A program made the translations under genes and the position numbers. Shown one piece after another: positions 1 through 15,535 of a stretch of DNA of 64,000 nt. The notes beneath the pieces are model-generated. The model was given only the letters and a program-made list of their open reading frames with translations, searched no databases and had not been told where the DNA came from. The DNA comes from Eledone cirrhosa (taxonomy: Eukaryota), in NCBI GenBank assembly GCA_964016885.1, contig OZ024743.1:7812001-7876000 (forward strand), written 5' to 3'. Position 1 is the first letter of the stretch; the number at the start of each line of letters is the position of its first letter.

Positions 1-450
1 AGAAGATCAACTGACTGTCAACAATAATCTAGCGAGGATTTCAGAGAAAATACAATTTATTAAATTTATTCATTTTATACTATTGAGAGAATTAGTTAAA
101 TTTAGTATGAGAAGATAATAGCTTAATGTACCGATTGACACTAGCAAAGTACTAATATTTTGTACTATTTAATACATTATAGTTCATTGTGGCATTTTGA
201 CCAAATCATTGGGTTTCCCAATATTGGGTTTTATAGTTATGGAATGATAAAATGTGGAAAATATGCCGCCCATACCCCCAGATATCTTTGATAGGGAAAC
301 GGCTTTAAATCTATTTACAACTGAAATTGAGTCACGTACTCTATTGAATATGTTATTTATTATAGCGTTTTCTTTTTATATAACCACGATTAAAGAGAAG
401 TAGAATTGAAAATTGTTGACGTTCAGGCCTCTCATTCATTATTTTTTAAT

Positions 451-572
451 TTACGATCTGAGTTCAAATCCCGCCGAGGTTGACTTTGCCTTTCATCCTT
501 ACGGGGTCGATAAAATAAAGTACCAGTAATGCACTGAGTAATTGCTGGCTTGTGCCAAAAGTAGAAATAATT
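451..572 (+). mobile_element. tRNA-derived SINE, dominant family, 5'-truncated
   Basis: B-box-like gagttcaaatccc followed by gactttgcctttcatccttacggggtcgataaaataaagtaccagt and the tail agtagaaa(c)aattatt; near-identical copies recur throughout the window. Confidence 0.85.
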
Positions 573-700
573 ATTTTTTAATTTACATATATGTAAAGAC
601 AATATATATGTCTAATATATATATGTACGTAAAACGGAGTTACTAGATAGATGTATATAAAGTAACTATACTCATATTTCACATACTCTAGCTAAAGAGC

Positions 701-1422
<722 letters not shown>

Positions 1423-1442
1423 GTGTGTGTGTGTAAATACTG

Positions 1443-1659
<217 letters not shown>

Positions 1660-2003
1660 TCTGCTGTTGTGAAGAAACGATTTTAGAAGAAAAAAACTTG
1701 TTATAGTATGTTTAACTAGCTGAAATCACCGATTTATGCTGCATGACATATGAATGAACGTTTATAGGTATTCATTCAAGATACACTATTTTACTTTCTC
1801 TGTTTTAAAGCTTCTTTAATATTAGAAAAAGACTGAAAACAAGTTTATGTATACTATGTTTCCCATGCCCTAGTATTTATTCGTTTATTGTAGTAAAGTG
1901 TATGCCTATTTGTTTTTTCATTTTTAAGCACACCCTCAGACTAGTTAAAACATACCAAGATATTTTATTACAGAGGAATAGTTTATATATATGAATATAT
2001 ATG

Positions 2004-2221
<218 letters not shown>

Positions 2222-3191
2222 AAAAGTACATTAGGGGACGTTTACATTATAGTAGGTTTTTGGGAGTGTTAAAGAAGGAATATAGGACACTTTAATAATT
2301 GTCTCACAGACTTATTTTGTTTATTATCTACTTTTGGGTTGTATGAAAATTTCTCTTGTATGAGATTATGTATTTTCCTGCGTGGGATAAACCTATAATA
2401 TAGCTTCATCTGAAAACACAAAAAAGAAGAAATGAGAACTCTATTGCCCGCCCCCTTCTCTGTCGCAATAGATGGAAGCACTTAAGACAGGTGCAGGACA
2501 TATAAACAATTTACTTCTGTAGTAATGTCTGATGTGCGCTCAAGAAAGCTGAAAGATTTCCTAGGTCACTTTCAAAACATAGTTGTCGTAAAGGAGATAT
2601 AAAGATATTTCTATATATGTTAAATGTCTACCAGTCTGGCTGATAGTAGTTAAGAAAGAAGAATTAAATCTTAGTAACATGAGTTGATTGCTTTGTTTAT
2701 TTGAATTTTACCAACAATCTACTTCAGATTGGTATTAGTTTCTATAAAATAGTTGATTTTATTTGATTTTATACGTACATACATACGTATGCAATTTAAA
2801 CAACGTAAACCGAGAAACAGAGATGGAAATTTAACTTTTAATTAAAAAATAAAATTAAAAATATATATACTTTACTGTTATTTCAAATGTTGGAAATTTC
2901 GAGTTGATAAACTTTGAAAGATAACGTTATGTTGTTAAGTAAGTGTGATCCTCTGAACTGGTTCAGTTAACTAACTCAATTTCTATATGATACAGTATAA
3001 ATAGAATATAGTGCTACCACAACAATAGTCTGTCTATTTATTAGTTAAAAGATAAAATATTGCAAGAGAATGACATCGTCTTACTCAATATACCCATTGA
3101 TTCTTATTATCTATTATATCCCAAAGTAAAATAAGGTTTGATTATGTTTCCTTGTTAGAATTTTCTAATTAGTAGATTATAGTAGTTGCTC

Positions 3192-3287
<96 letters not shown>

Positions 3288-3291
3288 AAAG

Positions 3292-3452
3292 CACAGGCAT
3301 ACCTGTGAGCTTAAGAATGTTGCCCCGTAAACACGTGGTTTCGGGCTCACTCACACTGAGTTGAATCATGGGCAAGGTTTTTTTAAATATAGCCTGAAGT
3401 TACCTAAAGCTCTGTGATAGAAATTTGGTAGACGAAAATTGTAGGAGCCCAT
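3292..3452 (+). mobile_element. Diverged tRNA/CORE-type SINE
   Basis: tRNA-like head, catgggcaagg CORE-like block and tail gaaatttggtagacgaaaattgtaggagccc; a related reverse copy lies near 18890-19015. Confidence 0.55.
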
Positions 3453-3460
3453 CATATATA

Positions 3461-3627
3461 TAAGTTTATCCCCGGTTCAATAGGGGGTAACCACAGTAAG
3501 TGAGGTACTTAATACCAAGCAGAGTAAAAATATTTAATATAGAAAAGGCTTCTACAGGACTAGAACTGTTTCATTCTCCCGAATGAAATAGTACTAGTCC
3601 TATAGAAGCCTTTTCTATATTAAATAT
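3461..3627 (-). mobile_element. (TA)n-embedded family A element with fold-back at hammerhead stem II loop
   Basis: Homologous to 55587-55725 and 17165-17285. 3530-3627 is an inverted repeat centred on loop tccc (3577-3580), with arms reading gaatGAAACagttctagtcctGTAgaagc. Confidence 0.7.
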
Positions 3628-5662
3628 ATATATATATAATATAGAGAAGAAAACACACTACACACTAGAGAGAGTGTGTTTATCAAGGACTAACGCGAGT
3701 TTCTGACTCCGTTACTTCATTCATATATATATATGTATACATATATAAATATATATATACATGAGTGTGTGTGCGTGTGTGTGTGTGTGCGTATACACAT
3801 ACACATGCATATACATACATACGTACGTACATACACACATACATACATACACATATCACACTCTCATGTTACTTAACCATATTAATTCAAACCAGAATAT
3901 GTTTTTAATTCCTTGAAATTATTTGCTTTTCTCCTTCATAGTTTGTAACAATCGCCATTGTTTTGTTCTTTTCTGTCTGTGAACGTAATTCCAATAATTT
4001 AAGGATAGCAAAATTGAAACTTTGTTTGAAAATTTACTTTGGTTTCCCAAGTATGTTTAGTATACGTAGGAACTAAGGATGATAATATTATGTGATTTGT
4101 AAATATTTTGCACAAATTTATGTATCCCATCTCTCGTAAATACATGAGTCAGCTTTAAGCTCAGTCAGTTTGTAATCCACTAGTTCAAGAATATGTTTGA
4201 ATGCTTGAATATTGTATTTCTTTGCAAGGAGGCATGACGAGAAATCTTTTTTTCTTTTCCTGTTCAAAATGTAGCTAGCCTGGTAGATTCAGCCCCATTA
4301 AGTTTCTGAGGAAAACGTTCTTTTCCAGTTAGGAATTACTGCAATTTAGCACAGACTACGCTTCTCAACAACTGATAATATTTGTCAAATGAGATGCAGC
4401 CAGGTTTAAACTATTTTGAGGAAGTTGATGCTCTTAAAAAAAAAAAAAAGCGTTGTGAATTATATGGCGGACTACCTTTCAATCCTCTTGCATTACCGGC
4501 CGTAATTATATTGAAGCCAGCCTGGAATTTTAGTTCCATCGACAGAACACTTTCAAATGTTTATTGTGTTGCCTGCTATACACAAAGAACAACGTATTGA
4601 TGATAGGATATCTATTCTACGATGTGGTGCCAAAGAACGTTAAACGCGTTAGAAAAAGAATTCAAAATGCTGTATTGGATTACACAAATAGAGACATGTT
4701 GGATTAATTTCCAGCTATCATGTATATAAATGAATTTTTTATCTCCATAAAGAATTCTTTTCTCATAATTAGATTTATTTTCTAATACAAAAAACAAGTA
4801 GTTTAAGACCGATTATGTTTTCCATCAATTTCTCCTTCGACCAATATGCTTCGGATTATTGTATTTTGTCACATCCTACGTCACACCTATTATACCTGAA
4901 GGATACGTTAGAGGTATAAAGTTCTTTGGCATTCTCAAACACTTACGCTCTGATTTAAGTAGGTAGGATTCCGCTTATCATCGAACAACAGGAACATTTA
5001 TCGTTGAAACTGAGCGAAGAACATTTACTTTTATGTGAATATGGAGCTGTTATTCTAGGGGAATCAAGATCCAATGCTTTGTTTCTTACAGAGATGCTTC
5101 CATCATTTCATTTTCCTTTTAGCACACAGAATATGGTTCAAAATAACCATATTATACACCCGTAATATATTCTCTAATATGACACGTGATCAGTATTAGT
5201 CACACAAAGCAATGCCAGTGTTTCGATGATAGTTGATAGCTATATTAAATACTAAGTACCAAATACTTATGAAGCACGAGGTGTTCTTATTCCTTTTTTG
5301 ATATATTAAAAAATAAAATGTTCCTATATTAGCTTTGGATATTGTGTCACACCCTATGTCACATTGATTCTGCCTGGTTAAGGGTATGAAGTTCTTTGGC
5401 ATTACCAAGTGCAGAAAAGCTCAATGTAGTAATCGCTTATGGAAAAATACTGAGCATAATTTAATTTAGGTGAAAAACCAAAGATAACACTTAAAATCGT
5501 CTTATGAACGTCTACATTCGTTTCAATTTATTGATTTGATTGATTAATAAATTAATCTGCAAATACATACTTTGCGATTGTAATTCGTTAAATTGAAACG
5601 AACGTATAATAAAATGATTTGAAGTGTTATCGTTGGTTTTTTCATATATATAAAATGATTTA

Positions 5663-5811
<149 letters not shown>

Positions 5812-8800
5812 CTCGCGCGTGTGGGTGTGTATTCCACTGTTCTAACTATTTGTGTTACTTTTGCAGATGCTGAACATCACCAGTCTTTTGGGGATTTTAC
5901 TGTTTTATTAAGATGATAAATGGTGGTATTTACACTGCATAAATATCACCGATTCGACCTTGTCTCACTATAGTAAATACGATAGTATGAGTTTAAATTA
6001 TATCTTTATTGGGTATCATAGAAAGATCTTCACCTATGTTCTCTGACTATTGAACTTGGATTTCACTTTTTATTACTTCAAATCAAATCAAACCAAATCA
6101 AATAAAAGTCAATAATATACCGACAACTTGAATTCTCGTTTCCTCTGAATTGTTCCTCTGAACCACAGGAAATTCTTTAAAATAATACTATTTTTCGCTT
6201 TCAGTTTATATCTCAGTCTATTAACACACGAAAAGAACCGTTCATGGTATTTTGAACAGTAAATATAAAAATCAATTTTCCTTCTTTGACACGGCCAACT
6301 TTGTTTTTCATCATTCCAGAGTCGATAAAATAAAGTACCAGTCAAGTAATAGGATTGTTTTAAATCGACCCCATTCATCCCAAAATTATTGATCTTGTGC
6401 CTAGATGAGAAACCTCTGTTTAATACCCCCAAACCCCTAATATATATACTCGATTTACTATTCTGCTATATTAATTTAGTATTTAGAAGAAGAATCATCT
6501 GAGAGCACAACAATAATTTCAATATATGAACTACTCATACTTCAGCAGAGTGGATTGGTATTTACTTAACCATCTTTAGCCACGTGTCTTATTATCATTT
6601 TGTTTATAATATGAAAGCTAAGTCTCGAACATTTTTGTTGTAATGGATGAAATTTCAAGTCTCATTTAAGCAATCCGAATTGGTCAGTTTTTCGACGAAA
6701 ACAGAATATCAATGAATCGTATTTCAAATATCTATTTTCTGCTTTTATAAGGTGTAGGGTTTTAGAGAAGAGAAACTGAGATACTTTTAAACTGGTATCA
6801 AGATTCAACTTACCGGAAACTTACTTCTACGGCGTTTGTCACGGATATTGAAAAACAAAAAGGTTAAATAAAATGAAATCTATAGCTCACACCTATACAA
6901 ATTCATCTGGTCTCCTACGAGGTTGCGTCATATAAGTTTCTCAGCTGTTTCAATTATACGGACCCTAGTCCTATCGTGAAACAAATTAAAATGCTCAAGA
7001 ACACTACGCGCCGCTCGCTGCAGAAACCGAACCCACAATTTTCTTAGTTTGACACCCTAACCGTTAGGCCAAACAATGCATATAAAATAAGAAACGCACC
7101 TAAAATAATATGCACAAATGATAGGTATTTTCATGGCATAAGTAGTATTTTAAAATGCAATTAGGATTTACTAAACAGCCAGAAAATATTTTGTGAAGCA
7201 TTTTATATTGCACAAAATATGAAAACTAACTAAAATTGATTTTATTGCACTGTTAAAACAATTTGAAATAATTTCATCTAAATTTAGATGTTAGCCTTTT
7301 CTTTTAATTAGATATTTTTCGGTCAGGTGAAAGAAAAAAAATCTAAAATTGACATCACATTACATAAATTCTAAACAACATTAAGCTTGATATGCAAATA
7401 TTCAACGATTGAGTCATTGCTTTGGTGACAAAAGCACTTCCTAGATAAACGAATAAAATAGCCTATAGTTATACCTTCCCTGCTTGAATCTCCACTCTAT
7501 TATTTGAGATACTTCAAACCCAGACGACGATTTCTCACTAAATTATATTAGGTGATTCATTTTCTTGGCAACTACTTGAATTAATTCTCATTTTCTTCAA
7601 ATGCGTGTCCTTCACGATGGTCATCCTATAGCCAAAGGAGTAGGCTTAAGGCTAGTGATCGGTCAACTCACGAGAGGCACTACGCAATCAGAATACTAAA
7701 ATAGATTTAACCTATCGAAACAACTTTTCGTGAGTGTTTTAAACACATAATTGAAAGCAGAAAGCATGGTCTTTCTTCGTATTCGAGTATTAGTAGGTAT
7801 AACATCTATTGAAAATGGAAAATAATTTTGTAATAATTTGCAACGATGTATCACATAATCATTATAGGTAACTTTCACTAGTCCCACTTTCTCTCTTTCA
7901 CTCCACAGACACAAATACACACATACAACAAACGCCGGCGCTGAAACACGCACACACATAAAGACGCACGCATGCATGTATTACTGAATTTATATTGTTT
8001 AAATAAACACATTAAGAAATGACTCAGTAAATATTACACTTTGATCTCAGCTAAAAGACTGAAAGCTAATGGCCCAGGAAATATACACAACATTTCTTTA
8101 TATAAATTTCAATAGATTGTCTGCATTTAGAATTCGTCGATGGTTTCCACTCTAAAGCTCAAGCATGAGATTTATATCATAGTCTATACGTTTCAAATCA
8201 TTTGTTGTAAACAAAGACTATGTTGCCTTGATGCAGAAAAACTATCAAATACGATATTTTACAATGAAAACAGCAGTAAGCCTGGGTAACTATAAGAGAT
8301 AGATATGTGAATCCTGATTGGCGTTCATTTTATTTTGTTATCTACATTTCTTTGTCCACATTTACATTGTATATTTTAATATACCTTAATGTATTCTTAT
8401 GTATACACATATACAATTTATATATAATTAGAGAGAGTGGGAGTCAGGGAGAGAGAGAGAGAGAGGAAGAGATGATAGTGTGTGTGAGAAAGAGAGGGTA
8501 ATGTGAGAGTGTGTGAGAAAGAGTGAGCATGGGAGAGAGAGGAAGGGAGAAAGAGAGAGGGAGGGAAGGATATATATATATATATCCTTTCTCAACTCAT
8601 GTAAATGTTCGTAACGGTATTACTATAGAGTTTTGTTATATTTTAGTATACATGTCATTCGTAGCACAGAAATTTATATTTCGATTGTCAATAAACAGAC
8701 ACAGTTCATATTTAGGTAGGGTTACATTTCTTTATAACCTTACCTAAATGGTTACAAATCATATTTTTGCATGTAGTTTATCGTTTACGTTGAGGTGTGT

Positions 8801-10085
8801 ATAAAAAGCCTATGATGATGTTTTATTTTCAAACAAAATTAGCCTTTACCCTTTAGCATTTAAACCGGCCGTATCCGGCCAGAATTCTCTCACCCTTTTC
8901 TGCTCAAATCGGACGTAAGTTGCTACTCATACTTATGTTATGGTATTGTTTTCAAAATAAATAATATTAAAATCTCATAGATTAGAAATTATGTGAGGTA
9001 AAGCCTTTACTGTAAAAATACAATAGAATATATAGAGTAATGTAAATGTTAAAGGGTTAATGTGGTAGCATAATTACAATATCTGCAGTTTATGCAGTTA
9101 ATTAATAATTTCAGAGAGTTATAAATTAATGTGAAAAATATCAATTTTTTCTAGATGAAGTATTTTAATATTACCTCTGTTGAAATCGAAACTTAAAAGG
9201 TTAAAACTAAATACTGAAAAGTATTTAGTTTTACATGCTTCAGTTCCAGCTATTGGATTGTAACATTGATTTCAGTAATATTGATTTTGCGGCCCTGTAT
9301 AGTCAGTTATCTAGAGCTAAGTATTTGAATAATATTTTATTTTAAAGAGACAGTGAAGATCGATAAGATAAAAGGCAAAATGAATTTCAGTTGTATTTGA
9401 ATATCGAACGAAAAGGGCCCCAATTAAATACGCCCTAACGATTCTGCCAATCCACTGCCTTTCACTAAAGTATTACTCTTAAAAAGTCGCTATCTGATCC
9501 GGCTCTATGAACTTTGAGTTCAAATCCAGTTTTCTTCTGTCGGGAGTTGCGACGAATTGACTATATCAGCAATGATAAGAACATTTCCGAATAAATTGTA
9601 AAAATCTATTACGCATACTTATTCATTATATAAACACACACACATATATACACACATACACACATACCAATAAACACACACACACACAGACACACAGACA
9701 CACACATACACACGCATGCACGCACATACACAAACATACACATACACATATATATATAATTACATATATAATTATATATGTGTTTATTATATATATTTAA
9801 TAAATATGTGTGTGTATCATATTTATACATACACACATGAACACACAGTTAAATATATATATATATATATATATTTATATGTATCATGCTCACACACATA
9901 CACACATATAGGTATTATCTGTGTGTTTGCGGTTGTATGTACACATGTCTGTGTGTATGCATGTATATATATACATATACTTTAGATTGATGTTATTGCA
10001 ACAGACAGGTTTTTTAGTATATATGCTTACAAATATCTTAAACTCAACCTAGATGTCCCTAATCGTTTCTTTGATCTTTAATATA

Positions 10086-10139
10086 AGCAAAAGCGGAAGC
10101 AAGAAGCGGAAGCAAAAGGCGGAAGCAAAAGGCGGAAGC
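10086..10139. repeat. 13-bp tandem repeat (aaaaggcggaagc) x4
   Basis: Direct reading. Confidence 0.8.
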
Positions 10140-10577
10140 TAAACAAAAATTGCACCACCACCCCTTCTACACAGAAAATATTTCCCAGAATTAAGCGTGT
10201 ATATGTATTTTTGCTGAGACTTGTATTTCTATATGTTTCATACAAATCATTACATATGGATATTCTACTTGTTAGGTGACTGAATTTATGTAAATAAATA
10301 TCTTTCAGAATATATAGAGTTTGGTCTTAATGAAGAGGTTATACAGTAACGTCAATACAACGTTTCGCCAAGAATTATTAACTTTACTTCTCTGTAGCGA
10401 CTCTACTGTCATGTAAAATCATTGATCGAAGTTAAGTCAGAAGATACTATAAAATATATTTACTCTTTAATACAAACATCAAAATGAGACAATTCTTAAT
10501 ATCACACGGAACAAATGTTATTTATATCAGAGAATCACTTGCAACTCTTTTGGTTGGAAGGATACATATACACACAC

Positions 10578-10689
<112 letters not shown>

Positions 10690-10933
10690 TGTGTGTGTGT
10701 GTGTGTGTGTGTATAGGGTGAAAGAGAGAAAGAGAGGTGTGAACCACGATGCCAAGCGGTCGAGTTCATACCTCTCTCTATACCCACTCTACATCTTCCC
10801 ATGTATTGAGTATTTCCATGATTTGTGGTCTCCTTGGTCTCAGTACCACAGAACCCTCCCTCTCTCTCTATATATATATATATACACACACACACTATGT
10901 ATATATATATATACAATATGTATATGTATATAT

Positions 10934-11022
10934 AAATATTTGCTCTACGGTTCTTATATATTTGATATATATTTATCCTTATCGAGCCCTCTTTGGATTT
11001 TAGTCTTCAAATGTATTATTAT

Positions 11023-11028
<6 letters not shown>
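10934..11028 (+). mobile_element. (TA)n-embedded family F 3' end
   Basis: aaatatttgctcta...ttatccttatcgagccctctttggattttagtcttcaaat...attac(TA)n; recurs at about 13390-13515 (-), 17525-17580, 20550-20600, 24670-24762 and 24945-25042. Confidence 0.75.
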
Positions 11029-11073
<45 letters not shown>

Positions 11074-11076
<3 letters not shown>

Positions 11077-11216
11077 AAAAAGAGATGAAATCGAAAATGC
11101 AACTGGAGTCTTATTTTTTTTTTAAATATATATATTTATTTGGTTCCTTTACCGGTTTCGCAGTTCTTTTGCTTTTCAAAAGGTGAGTTGAGATGGAGGG
11201 TCTGTGGTTTTTCTCA

Positions 11217-11220
<4 letters not shown>
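11074..11220 (-). mobile_element. (TA)n-embedded family C element containing a U3-A8 hammerhead motif (11146-11183)
   Basis: Near-identical to 25165-25285, 44081-44225 and both arms of 54367-54660; flanked by (TA)n. Confidence 0.75.
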
Positions 11221-11247
<27 letters not shown>

Positions 11248-11251
<4 letters not shown>

Positions 11252-11480
11252 TAAACGGAAAAGAAAATGGTGACAAATTGTTCACAGTGAAAAATAGTTT
11301 AATTAGGAATAAGTGAGAATTAGTAATAGTATTGGTTAGTATTCAGTTTTGGTTTTAAGTTTTACCGGTTGCGCATTTCTAATGCTTTTCAAAAATAATT
11401 TTGAGATAGAGCGTCCGTGATGTTTGCTCTGATTCCGTTTACCAATATATCATAACTTGTATGTTACACCTCTATTCTTT

Positions 11481-11483
<3 letters not shown>
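11248..11483. mobile_element. (TA)n-embedded family D element: inverted arm plus short direct 3' tail
   Basis: 11248-11432 matches the left arm of the 12935-13340 palindrome; 11433-11483 matches its right-hand tail (attccgtttaccaata...gttacacctctattctttta). Confidence 0.75.
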
Positions 11484-11564
<81 letters not shown>

Positions 11565-12154
11565 CATAGATATATATATTATTCAATTCAGAAGAATATA
11601 TGTAATGATAGTAGTCTAAAAGAAAGTTTAGGAGTCATATTCTACTCTGAGAGAAAGTTCGATGACATAACATATCTTCTGAAATAAATATATAGATATG
11701 TTGAATTATAAAATTTACTATACTGTGTGTTTTATTGGATCAAGGCTAAGATAATATATACCCACAGCCTCTGTGAAAGATTGAAATATTTCATCTTTAA
11801 GACGGTTAGCTCGTTCATCAATATCGGTCACATCAAATATTTCATCGACACGCCTAGTATAGATGGTGTAATTGTTTAAGGACAACATTGTTTATCACGT
11901 TAAACTCGTAGAAAAAACTGCAAATATTGACCCATATGGAGACCCTAATCACACCGTCCTGTTAGGTGTAGAGATTTTCTTGTTGATAGTAAAGGTGAGG
12001 TCCTCAGTAGTGCATGTCGACCGGAGTATTTTCATTATGTTTCTTGGCACAACATGGTGTTTATCCCTGGGTGTGTATATATATACACAGTCTATTGGCA
12101 AAACGGTTAACTCACTAGACTAGGGAACAGGAGACCATTGGTTCGACACCTGTC

Positions 12155-12478
12155 AACCTCGTGATGCGTCGCAACAAGGTTGTGAGTTCGATTCTCGGAC
12201 CGGGCTTTGCATTGTGTTCTTGAGCAAGACACTTTTTTTTCATGTTGCTCCAGTTCACTGAGCTGTAGAAATGCGTTGCGGCGTCACTGGTGCCAAGCTG
12301 TATCAACATTTGCCTCCTTTCCCTTGGACAACATCGGTGGCGTGAAGAGGGGAGACTGTTATGCATGGGCGACTACTGGTCTTCCATAAACAACTATCCC
12401 TGGACTTGTGCTTTGGAGAGCAACTTTCTAGGTGCAAATCCCATGGTCATTCGTGACTGAAGGGGGTCTTTACCTTAC
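12155..12478 (+). mobile_element. tRNA-derived SINE with CORE-like middle, second family
   Basis: B box gagttcgattc followed by tgtgttcttgagcaagacactt; similar heads near 52965 and 60165. Confidence 0.7.
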
Positions 12479-12652
12479 TCATTGCCGGGACGTTAGTAAA
12501 AGTGCTATCAAACCTCATGAGGAAATGACCATAAGTTTGTCAATTTTCTATAGAATTCATAATCGCCATACTCTGACAACGAATTATTTCCGCTTATCAT
12601 TGAATGTTGATTGTGCCATTCCAGATTTATCACACCTCGGCGAATTTCTATT

Positions 12653-12685
<33 letters not shown>

Positions 12686-12703
12686 CACACACACACACAC
12701 ACA

Positions 12704-12756
<53 letters not shown>

Positions 12757-12758
<2 letters not shown>

Positions 12759-12916
12759 CGAAGGAAATGTGGTGAGGAACCAGGTGGACCATAACGCACC
12801 AAAGTACTCAATACTTAGGGTAGTAGAGTGGGTAACAGGAACGAGTAGGCTAATTCTGGACTCAGAATTAGCCGTCGAAACGGCTTGAGCTCAGCCGTCG
12901 GGGTCCTACTCGTTCC
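12757..12916. mobile_element. (TA)n-embedded family B element with hammerhead 3' half (stem II, GAAAC, stem III, GUC)
   Basis: ggctaattct-ggactc-agaattagcc-gtc-GAAAC-ggcttgagctcagcc-GTC-ggggtcc; related copies at 26812-26948, 41972-42023, 44003-44080 and 44742-44758, all adjacent to (TA)n. Confidence 0.7.
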
Positions 12917-12934
12917 TATATATATATATATATA

Positions 12935-13373
12935 TTGGTAAACGGAATAGAAAATGCTGACAAATTGTTCACAGTTGAAAAATGGTTTAATTAGGAATAA
13001 AAGAGTATTAGTGATTGTATGGGTTAGTATTCAGTTGTGGTTTTAAGTTTTTAAGTTTTTACCGGTTGCGCATTTCTAAATGCTTTTCAAAAATAATTTT
13101 GAGATAGAGTGTCCGTGCTGTTTGCTCTGATCAGAGCAAACAGCAAACAGCACGGACACTCTATCTCAAAATTATTTTTGAAAAGCATTTAGAAATGCGC
13201 AACCGGTAAAAACTTAAAAACTTAAAACCACAACTGAATACTAACCCATACAATCACTAATACTCTTTTATTCCTAATTAAACCATTTTTCAACTGTGAA
13301 CAATTTGTCAGCATTTTCTATTCCGTTTACCAATATATAATAACTTGTGTGTTACACCTCTATTCTTTTAACT
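12935..13373. mobile_element. Family D palindrome (about 200-bp arms, centre 13130/13131) plus 3' tail, in (TA)n
   Basis: Arms are exact reverse complements apart from a short cagcaaa duplication. Each arm has TTGAAAA-gcattt-ag-aaatgc-GCAA-ccggt-A (13178-13208 on +). Confidence 0.85.
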
Positions 13374-13507
13374 ATATATATATATATATAGTAATAATAA
13401 TAAATTTGAAGATTAAAATCCAAAGAGGGCTCGATAAGGATAAATATATATCAAATATATAAGAACCCTAGAGCAAATATTTAATCTTTAATTAAAACTT
13501 TAATCTG

Positions 13508-13596
<89 letters not shown>

Positions 13597-14959
13597 GTTC
13601 ATAGTTCGAAGACCGGGAAAACCGCATATCGAGATAGTAGTCGACGAATATGATGTTGCAGAGTAGGTATATATATAAGGTATAGTCCAAATGGAGAGCC
13701 CTCTTCGTTTTGGCTCGTTATGTAGCCCCACCAGAAGTAAGTGACAAGGCTTCATAACGAGCCGAATAAGCTTACATACAAACAGGACGATTCCCTATAA
13801 TCTAGGGTTAATCATGTTTACAAAATATACCAAAAATTAAGGAAATTGACGACTAGAATTTGAAAAGGTCTTCCGCTTCTTTGGTCTTTCACAAAGTATG
13901 TATATCAAAGTAGCTATGCTGTATCGCAGTGTGATACAGTCGTTTGAGCGTCAAGACAAATGGTTAGCAGTACTTGCTCCGGCGTTTTGCGGTCTGAGTT
14001 CAAATGCCGACGAGATTAACTTTGTCTTTCCTCCTTGTACCAAAATTAGAAACCATTATTATTTTTGATATTTACTCAATTCTATTGGGTCATCAAGTAT
14101 GAAATTTGTAGAAATTTGTGAAAAAAACAACAAAGTTCTACAAATTTCATACTTGACTATTTCTATCAGAATTAAAGGTCTCAACAACGTTATTTCAGAA
14201 CGAGAATTTGTACTTACATAATGTTCACAACATTAGGTATTTCTGTAACTATTCGAACAGGTCCCGTATTTAAACTGACACTGGATTATATAGGCTGGTG
14301 CTTTAGTGCAGAAGTACGTCATTGGGGAAATGAGTCGACGACCTACTTTCGCTTTCTACTTGAAATTTCATAACTTCGTTTAACTTACTAATGCTCATGG
14401 GAAAGCTTTGAACGCAACAATTTATCATATCTCAGGAAGCCAATCTAAGAAGTAAATATTTTCCTACACACACACACGCACACAAACACACGCACACAAA
14501 CACACACACGCACACATATATATATATATATATATATAAGCATATATATTTGTATAAATCTGTACATATCCACGCAGTATCAGTATTTAGTTATGTCCCT
14601 TTATGCTGTTATATACTTAGTCTCTCTCTCGATCTTTCAAACCAACACGAGCAGATATGTGTGTATGTATTTAAAAATTGATAGTTCATGACACAACGTT
14701 TTCCTGGGAGGGCTAAGTCTTTAAAATGTACGGTATACTGTATTAATAAATATAAAAGTATTATCTCTCCGTTAAAGAAGGAAGATCCATTTATAGTCAA
14801 TGGAAAGATTACTTACAATACTTTATTAGTTTATAGAAACTCAAACATGACTAAATAGATATGACTAAATAACCTAAAAGTGAATGCACTGTTATGGAAA
14901 TTAGACACAACCGTTTAGCTCTCCAAGTTTATGTACTCCCTCTCTCTCTCTATATATAT

Positions 14960-15146
<187 letters not shown>

Positions 15147-15161
15147 TCTGTGTGTGTATAG

Positions 15162-15535
15162 ATAAATGTAATCTGAGTTTTTCGAATATTAATAATAACA
15201 TTCGATTCGTTTGCAATTATGCAAACAAGCCTCAATTTTATAGCCATGTCAATAGAATGAACACTTCATTCTACTGACATGGCTATAAAATTGCAAACGA
15301 ATCGAATGTTATTATTAATATGTGGATTGGCAGTATCGGTAGAGGGTCGGACGCCATACTTTCCAGCTTAGTTACGTCCCTTTACGATCTGAGTTCAAAT
15401 CCCGCCGCGGTTGACTTTGCCTTTCATCCTTACGGGGTCGATAAAATAAAGTACCAGTAATGCACTGGGTAATTGCTGGCCTTGTGCCTAAAGTAGAAAC
15501 AATTATTAATATTCGAAAATCTCAGATTACATTTA
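15162..15535. repeat. Fold-back element with a SINE inserted in its right arm
   Basis: aaatgtaatctgag...cgaatattaataataacattcgattcgtttgc is mirrored on the right. The right arm is split by the SINE at 15322-15500, with duplicated attattaatat. Confidence 0.7.
15322..15505 (+). mobile_element. tRNA-derived SINE, dominant family, near full length
   Basis: A-box-like tggcagtatcggtaga, B box, conserved core; TSD attattaatat. Confidence 0.9.

Noticed and set aside
5855-5920. Splice-acceptor-like ttttgcag followed by a short open frame
   Set aside because: The frame is very short, with no recognisable protein or partner exons; expected by chance.
15350-15410. A/B-box sequences as tRNA genes
   Set aside because: No cloverleaf; they are SINE heads followed by a shared core and tail.
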